Source of the DNA: Ancylonema sp.
Lineage: Eukaryota
NCBI GenBank assembly: GCA_050230475.1
Contig: JBFLGF010000075.1
Location: forward strand, 62,001-85,958
DNA: 23,958 nt
Reading direction: 5' to 3'
The notes beneath the pieces were generated by a model, which did no database searches, was not told the DNA's origin, and saw nothing but the letters and a program-made list of their open reading frames with translations. Shown piece after piece: positions 10,139 to 19,743 of the stretch (position 1 is its first letter; every line of letters starts with the position of its first letter). The translations under genes and the position numbers were made by a program.

Positions 10139-12012
10139 ATGGCTGATGAAGAATTACGGTGCTTCGTCGGAGGGCTGTCATGGAATACCGACCAGCGGCT
10201 GCTCATGGACGAGTTCCACAAGTTCAATGTGATCGATGCTAAGTTTTGTTGACCGAAATCACACTACACGTTTGGGCGGGTCAAGTTTGAGTTGGGAGGA
10301 GAATGTGTGAGACTTTGTATTGTCGTCCAGATTTAAGCGGTCTTATTTCGCGATTTCAATATGCACTTTGTAATATGCACTTTGGCAGTTTGAGTTCTGC
10401 CGACGAGATTTCTGCTCTCGGCCACAGATGGAGAAGGTTTTACTTGGATGAAGCTCCTGGTGATTGCACTATTTACAGCTCCGGTCCGTCACGTTTGTCA
10501 TGACTTACCTGGAGATTTCTGGTCAAATAAAGTCCATTCTCTCTTCCGGGTACGGGCGATAAGAACTTTTTCGAGAGAGTGTAGGTGGTCGTTTTCAACT
10601 GATACGGTTGCTCTGGTCTGGCGTCTGCGTGTCTGGTCCAATATTTGTCCTTAGTCTGGGCAACCAAGGAGAAAGACGACCCCCTTCGATCTCGTTGTCT
10701 CCGCCGTGATAATGTTGTCGAAGATTTTTTGGAAGCTGCCGTGATTTGTGTCTGCTCTATGGAATGCGGGGGAAGAATGCTGCTTTCGACTGATTTGAGC
10801 TTGACCTGGTGTGAATGAAACACCCCTGAGCCTCTGGCGATGGAATTTAATTCCGTTGGAAAATTGAGACCCCACAGCCTCTACCAGCACATTTGAGTTT
10901 CTGCAGCCGTCTGTCATAATTCTCTGACATTTGGTCCCAGGGCGAAAGCTCTCAATACATTTTAGCCCGATATGTGAGGAGATATGGTTCACAAAGCAGA
11001 GCGGGTATCAAGAGAGTGGCTCCTCCAGAAGCTCAGCATGAAGGAAATGTTTTTGATTTACTTGGTGCTATTCTTTACATTTCGAGCTTGTCTGGGGAGG
11101 TGGTTGCTCCGATTTCTCAACCTTCCCTCTGTACCGTCCTTTCAAAAGAAGGTTTGGGATAAATATTGCGGCGGAGCAGGTGCAGAAGCATGGTGGATGT
11201 GTCTCATGGTTGGTACTTGGCAGTGGTATGATACTTTGCAGACGCCTCTGGTTGGCCGTTTCAGGTGATCGAAGATCGGGAAACTGGCCGTTCACGAGGA
11301 TTTGGCTTTGTCACTTTTAGCGACCGACAATCCATGGATGCAGCTATTGCAGAGATGAGCGGCAAAGAAATTGACGGGCGTGCGATTACTGTGAATCCTG
11401 CCCAGCCACGCAGTGGTGGAGGGGGTGGAGGGGGTGGAGGTGGCTATGGGGGAGGAGGAGGCCGAGGTGGAGGGGATCGATATGGTGATCGGGATGGTGG
11501 TGGAGGGGGGCGTGGTGGGTCGGCTGGCAGTGGGGAGTGCTTTAAGTGTGGCCAGCAGGTAAGCTTGTGTAACCTTCCTTCTATATAATTTCAAACGATG
11601 CAGCAGCTTCTGTGGGGATGATGATGATCCGAATTGCGCTTCTAAAGCCAAGCTCAGCAATATTGACAGCAGGCATAGAAGTATGCTCATCTGGCTGTAT
11701 CCGTCTTTGCAGGGACACTGGGCACGTGATTGCCCTTCTGCAGGAGGTGGAGGTGGTGGAGGATATGGAGGTGGAGGCGGTGGAGGCGGTGGAGGTGGTG
11801 GGTCTGGAGGTAGCCGCGGCGGAGGGGATCGATATTCCGAACGTGATTCTGACCGCGGGCATGGTGGAGGAGGCAGTGGGTATGGCGGGGGCGGAGACAG
11901 GGGTGGAGGGGATAGGTACGGTGGCTCAGGTGGCCGTTCTGACCGCGGGTCTGGTGGCAGCCGCGACCGCAGTGGGCCATATGACCGCCCCAGCGGGGGG
12001 GATCGCTACTAG
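10139..12012 (+). CDS. Glycine-rich RNA-binding protein, RZ-1 type (RRM + CCHC knuckle + Gly/Arg/Asp tail), copy 2; 232 aa if intron 1 is removed at the homologous position
   Basis: Exons 10139-10243 ([18 protein letters not shown]2), 11265-11558 ([21 protein letters not shown]1, through ...CFKCGQQ) and 11713-12012 (GHWARDC...DRY*). Intron 2 is GT-AG. Intron 1 reads TT...AG in the in-frame register, so the copy may be defective. Confidence 0.9.
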
Positions 12013-13126
12013 ATTTTAGGCATGACATGGCTAGTGGCATGCTTCCAAGCTACACAGAACACTTTTCTAGTAGCTGAGTTTGAGATTTTTGGTATTGCTG
12101 GAATTGACTCCAAATTCGATCCATAGTTGACGGTTGTAACGCAATCCATATTGCAAGTGGAGCAGTGAGGTCGGATGGACATTGTGGTTAGCCTGCCATT
12201 GACCAATTTGGCAGTGCCCGAATGATAGAGTGTGTCCTTTAGTGTCGTTACATGTGAGCAAGTGGGCAAACGTGAGTAAGAAAGTAGGGTGAGGCATGCG
12301 GGGAATCTGTGGGGAAAATGTGGCTGTTCTCAATAATCATCACCTGCTTACGCTTCCACGTGAAGCTTGATGCTAAGTGGAATGCAAGCAAAAATAAGGA
12401 CGTTACACATGAGCCTAGTCAAACAGCATGGAATTTGCAAGGAATCGGGAATACTTGCACAAAAGGCATTGCACCGTCAAGGCAGAACACTTTGTTTATC
12501 AACTATTGCTCACAATCTGCGACATGCCATTAAATTGACATGCTAATGACATAATACCCAGATTACGGGGTAAATTGTCATTGTCATGCCTCATTAACTA
12601 AGTTAGCAAAATGAAATTATTTGTGAAAGCAAAGCTACTGTATATAATTCAAATTTTGGGCGAAATTTTAGGCTAGCTTTGGGGAAGGCTGCTCGAGAAT
12701 TACCTATTTGAGGGGAGGTGTACACTTTGCATTACAATCATATCAGCAGAGGCGCACGACACACTCCTCTACACTGAGTGCTAAGCATGTTATTAGTGGG
12801 AACGTCCCCACACTATGAGACACGTCCAAATCCACTTCCTCGTCAATGAACTCATTTTTCACGAGCATTTCGTCTGGTCGCTCAATTCAAAACGATATGG
12901 TGTGCCACTCACACAAACATGCAAGACCACTCTCAATTTACTTCTTTAGTATACAATTGCAAATTGTGGCGGGGTATCTGAATAACTCGCCTCGGTATAT
13001 TTGACAGAGCATTGAACTAATATGGGGTGGCACCCGCTAACAACGTTATTAGTTGATAGTTGGTAGATGGTAGTTGATAGTTGGTAGTTCTTGGGTGTGA
13101 GTTGTTAAACAAGAAGCCATTGGTTG
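11495..13126 (+). repeat. Segmental direct duplication, copy 2 (paralogous to 1-1800)
   Basis: Colinear similarity as described for copy 1. Confidence 0.95.
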
Positions 13127-13262
13127 CCAAATAATGTATGGACAGGCATTCATATAATTATCACTTTAGTGTGTTGTTCCCTTGACTCGCTAGAAAGATG
13201 CTAGCAGTCGCGTGTTTCTAATGGACGACACGTGATACGTGATTGCATGTCATGCAACTATG
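12747..13262. mobile_element. Degenerate hAT-like MITE related to the 7054-7518 element
   Basis: Left end CAGAGGCGCACGACAC. The right end reverse-complements to CATAGTTGCATGACATGC. The subterminal block at ~13207-13235 is an inverted match to the left subterminal block (acgtgttatcagtggaaacacacgac in copy 1). No TSD recognisable. Confidence 0.55.
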
Positions 13263-15220
13263 ACAGCTGTCACGCGAATCACTCCTCAACATGCATTAAG
13301 AACTGCGTTTAAAAACAAGTGCACATGCGGAAAGTACAGAGAAACTACCAAGAGGGTGGTTGTCTACCCATGCATATGAATCACGCTAGTAAGGATCGAA
13401 GCCAGTTATCCATCCATTCACATTCAAAAGGATTCGGTAGGCAAATTTGTACATGGTTCCCACCTCGATCCCATCCAATGAAACCTAACCAGCCAAGAGG
13501 CCGATCGAACTGGGCCAGACACCGCCTAAAGTTTCCCAAGGACCCAATTTTTATGGTCCACAATTCTTGCACCTAAGACCGTCTTCAACGAATGCGAAAA
13601 TGGGCGAATGATTTTTTTAAACCAGAATGTGATATGCGATAGGGGGGTTCGTGCCAAACCAGAGGACTACCCTTCATAATGTACAAAGGACCTCGCACTC
13701 TGATATAGCAATCATCTAGGCACACTCATCCTCATATGTACAACAGAATTTGAAGTGGCGCATACATGGCACAAACGATGTGCCATGCATGAGCAGACAG
13801 GTTCTATCGCTTGAAAATGGGAGGGAGCGTTTTGGTATGTTCTAAACTACAGCATCCTCACTCGACCCACTTTTGTGTCGCAACCATGACACGTCCTCCA
13901 TCTCCTTGTCTGTTGACGAAGACCCCAACGAATGGGGATGGTGGTTGGGCGCACTCCACAAGAGACACACCAAGCAAGCTATCATCCCCATCTGAACAGG
14001 GGGGGGGGGGATAATCAAATTATTGTTTTAGACGTGCATTGACACCCCTAGTGGTTTGAAGGGGAGCGTTGACCTTTCTTATTTAAAAAAACTTCATCAA
14101 ACCAAGGTGTCATCTCACAACCTCCCATTTCAAGCACCTCTTAGAAATTCACCATTCAGGAACGGATCTGGTCTCCTTCACTGCTTTTCGATCAACAGTT
14201 AGGCGATAAATGATGCAAATGCGGGAGATATGGTTAACCTATATCCTCCACCACCTTCCCTTCCCATACATCCATCATATTCAACAACCATCCCCTCACC
14301 AATCCTATCCACCAGAAAGCTAATGTCGGCAAATCTAGCAGTCCCTCCTCCGCTCCCGCCATGAACACAACCAAAACCTGCGCACCCATGCATGCCCCAC
14401 CCCCATGCACAAACCATTCGACGGGAAGAAAGAAAGAAAGAAAGGGAACCCAAAAATCCCCACATGGCCTTCATCATGCAATTCGAAGCAATTGAAGAGC
14501 CTGTACTGTTTTGGTCGAACCTATAGTTTGCTACCGTTCAGCACTGTTGGATACGAATATCAACCCTAATATCGCACGCACCGAAATGGCAACCCGAATC
14601 AACACAAACACCTTCACTCCTCTCGAACACCTCTCTAACAGACGGTCATTATTTTGTTAGATTCGCGTCGTGTCCTGCCTCTCCACTCCCCTCCTCCCCT
14701 CCTTTCCTCTTCTCCTCCTTGTTTACTATCCTACTCGGGAAGGAGCGTACCAAATGCAGCATGACGCACACCAACGCTCCGCACAGCTGCAGCATCCACA
14801 GCATCAGAAACAGACCCACGGCCCACGGGTGCACCTAGAATCGATACATTGCAAATTCTGAACAATACGCGGCAAATCGCCACAAACCATCCTCCCCCCT
14901 CTCTTGCTACTACCCCCACCCCCAACCTCCATCGCCCATCCTCTACCAAACCTACCCCACCCTCTTTTGCCACCCAAACTTCCAATTAGGTCCTCATATG
15001 TAGAGACCTAAAGGCCCTCCGAGCCACCCACTTGTTGTGCACCAAGAACCTCATTGTGCCCCCCACCAATCCCACGGTGATGCCAACTTCAATCATTCAC
15101 AACTAGCGCCCATACGGACATACGACATCAAAAAGTACATTCACATTACACACACAAATTGTGGATTCCAGGCACCAGTTTGTGGCACAATCACACACAT
15201 GTGACACACGTGGTACAAAC

Positions 15221-15298
15221 AAAACCCAAAACCCAAAACCGGATACCTAAAACCCGAAACCCGAAACCCGAAACCCAAAACCCAAAACCCAAAACCCA
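15221..15298. repeat. (AAACCCG/AAAACCC)n 7-mer array resembling degenerate plant telomere repeat AAACCCT
   Basis: Directly visible; lies just past the last transporter exon. Confidence 0.8.
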
Positions 15299-15331
15299 AC
15301 CCCATGTGTGTAGATTCCCTACCCCCCTCAC

Positions 15332-15650
15332 CAGCGACGCCAGACACAAATTTTGGATTGCTGCGGGATGATCCAACAGGAACCCCACGATGAACGGCCG
15401 GTGGCCCCCGAACAGAAAGGCTGAAACCAGGAGTGGGTTCGGAATGAGTACTTCGCCCCACCTCGCCTCTCCTATCCCACCTCCCCCCCTCTTACTTCAT
15501 GCCTCCTGTCAGTCCACCGCTGCTCACCCCTCAGTCACACTGCAGTTTGCCATTCTGGGAATGCCTATGTCCACTACACATGTTGAAAGTTGTGAACATA
15601 AATTTTATTTACCTCCCCCCCCCCCCCCCACTCCAATTAAAAAAAAGAGC

Positions 15651-15682
<32 letters not shown>

Positions 15683-16981
15683 GACAGGAGCGCAGGGAAA
15701 AGTAATATGATCAAATGTGCCCACTCACCCACGAGGTTCACAATTCCGACGCAAAGAGAAAGGAACAGCATCTGCTCAGGCACTCCTGCGGTCGTTTCTC
15801 GGAATATCTGGTCCTGGTACACGGGGCTCACGCTGTCGCACCTGAGGGGAGAGCGGCCAGGAGAAAACAACAGAGAGCGGCCAGTAGGGAGCAACAGAGA
15901 AAAGAAGCGAGACATGTGAGAGGCCTGCCTGCCTGACTGCCTGCCCTCCGCGCACGAGCGAATATCCACTCGAGTTCGGAAAATGACTTCAAATAGTTGG
16001 GAATGACCCGCTTTTGTTCTTCTCCTTCAGGCCATTCACGTGAGAAAATAAATTATACACTTGAAAGTGAACAATCGAAACCAAGAAGGGATTGATAACA
16101 AACGATCTCAAGATGTCAAGATCACACAACTTAAATTGATTGGATAAAAATGAGCAAGAAGCATCATTTAAAATAAATTTACATAAAAAAATAAAAATAA
16201 AACCATAGAAAGAGAAATTCCGATTTTGGACTTCGTAATCGAATCAAATATTTCCAAACCGAGTTCGTTGCCCCACTCAGCTCAGCTCTCCCTCATTCAA
16301 CTCAATTTCTAACCCTCTGGCAGTTGCGTGGCTCCCTCACCCCACATGCAGCACTGTGTAGACCACTGCCATTGCCCACCCCGGCCTCATCACCCCCGCC
16401 CCCTCCTGCCAGCTGTCCTCAGGATCTGACCCCACATGATCCGATTCTCTCGATCCTGGCAGGGCCTGCCCACCCACCCACCCACCCACCCAAACATGAC
16501 TAGATGCAGCAAACCCCCACCCGCCTACAATATCCAAACCATTGATGCCACACATACACACAAGTGTATACATGCAAGTGTGTATACATGCAAGTGTGTA
16601 TACATGCAAGTGTGTATGCATGCAAGTGTGTATACATGCAAGTGTGTATACATGCAAGTGTGCATACATGCAAGTGTGTATGCATGCAAGTGTGTATACA
16701 TGCAAGTGTGTATACATGCCAGTATGCATACATGCAAGTGTGTATGCATGCAAGTGTGCATACATGCAAGTGTGCATACATGCAAGTGTGTATACATGCA
16801 AGTGTGTATACATGCAAGTGTGTATACATGGAAGTGTGCATACATGCAAGCGTGTATATAGGGGTAGTATGGTCTCACTCACCCAGGACATGGCCGCCAG
16901 CATGCAGGAGAGGGAGAAGGCGATGACTACAACCCACACCCGACCTTCATGCTTCACTCCTAACACCCCCTGCTGCAATGC
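15332..16981 (-). pseudogene. Internal fragment (4 exons, ~142 codons) of a UAA/SLC35B-family nucleotide-sugar or PAPS transporter; 5' and 3' exons not found
   Basis: Phase-compatible GT-AG exons 16981-16883 (ALQQGVLGVKHEGRVWVVVIAFSLSCMLAAMSW), 16465-16341 (...WAMAVVYTVLHVG), 15841-15729 (CDSVSPVYQDQIFRET...EQMLFLSLCVGIVNLV) and 15420-15332 (AFLFGGHRPFIVGFLLDHPAAIQNLCLASL). The D-x5-Q-D-x-F motif and the F-x3-H-P segment follow the SLC35B/UTR pattern as I recall it. The exons have no stops; pseudogene status rests only on incompleteness. Confidence 0.62.
16558..16858. repeat. 16-bp minisatellite (CATGCAAGTGTGTATA)n in a transporter intron
   Basis: Directly visible; it explains six overlapping low-complexity ORFs. 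Confidence 0.95.
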
Positions 16982-17644
16982 CTGAAAGAGGAGCCGAGGA
17001 GTAAAGGAGGGAGGGTTGAGACATAGGCAGGTTGCAACCGTCACACCGTTTGTTTTTCATGACTTTTTATTCGGAAGAGAAGGTGGGGACAATGCTTCCC
17101 CTGTCGCCCAAAAATGATCCCTTCAAAAACCCGTCTCTCGCATTTCTCTACAACTCTACCCCTCAACTGCTCCCTCCACTACTCGACTGCTGAGGGGGGA
17201 GTGAGGAAAGAATCAAAATCGCACGTGTGGCAGCGCAGGAGCGTGTCCGTAGGACCCACCATGACTGCCAGGACCACTCCGCTTCCCCAGGATAGCCTGG
17301 AGCCGGCACTCCAACTCACTCCCATCTGCACAGTTGGGGGGCACTGGTACTTTGGTGATGGTGGGGGCATAGTAGAAGAGGCTTCTGTGCAGCGGAAGGA
17401 AGGACACCTTCGATTGAGCGAGATGACGAGGACCGTTGTTTGGTTGTTTGTGATTCTAGTGGGGGGGTTCTCCTCCCCAAACACGTTTTTGGGGCAAGGG
17501 GTGGCGCTCTTTGAACCCATAACCGTACAATCGTATAACCGTACAACTCATTCTTAAGACTCAAGAAAAGAGTCCTGCATGGCCTCCCCATCCCCCATCC
17601 CCCATCCCATCCGTCCCTCCCATCCCCCCCTCCCCCCTCCCTAC

Positions 17645-19709
17645 CTTCGGTCCACGTGATAAGCCCTGGCTTCGGGTACTTAGAATCTGGATCCTTAGAG
17701 AAGTTGAACCCATTCGCTGTCTTTATTGGGAGCGGCACCCCAATGTGTGTTTCATACGTGAAACACTGCTTCATCTGGGCATGCCTCTGCTTCGCATACA
17801 CGTCAGGATACCAGCGCGAAAAAAAGGGGGGGGGGACTTTGAGGAGGTCCCTCTCCACTTCTTTCGCGTTTTGAGCCTCAGACGTTTCTCTCCTCTCACT
17901 CATTCCTGACAAGCAAGGGAGGGGGCGAAAGGGGGGGGGGAATCAGAAAAGAGAAGAGAAAGGGGATGGGGATAGAGAGACAGCAAGTGGAAGACATTCC
18001 CCCCCTCCCCCCTCCACCTCACCAGAAATCGAGCGTCGAAAAAATTCGACGACCACATCCGCAGAGCGTCCTCTGGCGAGGTGCAGACCCGGGTGCAGCC
18101 CCATGTCGTCATGAGCGATCTGGTCCTCCAATAGATACCCCTCTCTCTGAATACCCACAAGGATGAGGAGAAAGGGGGGAAGGGGGTGGTTGAGACGCAC
18201 ATGCGGCTGTATGGTGTATGGTGTAGAGTGTATGGTGGATGGTGACGTCTACTGAGGTGCACGACTGCAGGAGTGACTAAATGAATATTGAATGGGTGAA
18301 TGAGTGATTGAGTCACCGCGTTTTGTGCCCCATAGTGCATAGGAAGGGTAGAGGGAGTGGAGCATAGAGCATAGAGACACTGTTACCGATTCTACCAACT
18401 CAAATAGATGAATCCATGTACCGCTGCAATTCTTCCTTGTCGTGTCCATCCGTAAACCCATTGCGGATTCATCGACCGTCAATGTAAGCCTCGAGCAGCA
18501 CAAGTGAGCGCGCGAAACGGACGCAGAACTACGGCACCAATTTGCGAACGAGCAATGAATGGTTAAAATGCCGAACCCCCTGCGCTCCCCCTCGGTTTAG
18601 TAGTGCCAAACCTGAAGCCTGTTGAAGGTTCAAAGAAAGTCCACTTTTCGATAGACCCATACTCTTCCACAACCATTTCTCTGAACCCAAAACCCTACCT
18701 TCAGTCCCCAACCCCACAAGCACCTGAGTTCACTAGAGCACACCAGAGCTCACTCAACGCTGGAATTCAGTCCCACCAACCAACCAAACAATCGGCAACC
18801 GATCCACCGACCAATTGACTGACCAATAAACTAACCGACCAGTCAACCGACCAGTCAACCGACCAGTCAACCGACCAGTCAACCGACCGACCCACCGACC
18901 ATTCCACGTACCGTTTGCGCGGCCAGGTGGAAAAATGCGTCGCGCATGCTGATGGCGGGCAGCCCGTAGTACTGCGCCAGCACCGTGATGTTGTCCTCTG
19001 ACACGTCACCGGTGCCGCGTCTATCCCAGGACTCGAAACTGAACACGCCGATGTTCTGCCAGGTGAGAGGGACCTGGTCGCCCTCACGCAACCGCTCCTC
19101 GCCAGTCACTGCGTCCACCTGCACTCGATATAACGAATTCTTTGCCATATGCCATATGTGGATGTACAGATTGAAGTTGAGTAAGTTTTTGGGTCCCCCC
19201 CAAGCTCCCCTTTCCAGGGCAATTCATGGTTTCTTATAGGTGGCTTGAAGCCCTTGCACCCCACCTCGTAGCCCCTGCACCAGAGGTTGCCCCGGCACCA
19301 GAAGAAGAAGTTGACAAAGATAATGGCGGGGGGCTTCTCCCAGAACCGGAAAAGCTTCTGCACCACCCGGTCGAGCTCCTCCAGGAAGGAGGTGGTGTCG
19401 ATCGCCAGCGACCACTCCACGATGATGAGGTCCACCTTGGGAGGCAGGCGGGGGAAGTAGGAGTTACTGCAAAAGGAGGGGGGGGTTGGGGGGGATTAGA
19501 AAGGCGCCATTTTGGAGGGGTGTGGTAAGTGTGATGTGGGATATGGGATATGACACGTTCTGCCATTCTCAACTGGATCCATGCATGCTACGTGTGCATG
19601 TGTACATGTATGTATGTATGTATGAACGCATGTATGGAGGTGTGTATGTGATAAGTGTGAGCATTTGTGTATGTATGTATGCAAATATGTATGTATGTAT
19701 GTATGTGTG

Positions 19710-19743
<34 letters not shown>

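Noticed and set aside
11612..11700. C/D snoRNA in RZ-1 intron 2 (ATGATGA box C-like)
   Set aside because: No terminal CTGA box D, and the motif is not retained in copy 1.
16436..16985. Cys/His-rich ORFs in several frames
   Set aside because: Products of the 16-bp minisatellite.
17114..17557. 147-aa plus-strand ORF and overlapping minus ORFs as independent genes
   Set aside because: No recognisable domain, and I could not assign a frame with consistent splice phases; left unresolved.
18249..18503. Possible extra exon ([10 protein letters not shown]...ES|gtaaca) in an SGNH intron
   Set aside because: The flanking exons join in phase without it and it has no family motif.
19106..19265. Apparent frameshift at a 7-G run in the SGNH gene
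   Set aside because: Explained by a phase-0 GT-AG intron, 19264-19119 (GAG|gtgggg...tgcag|GTG).
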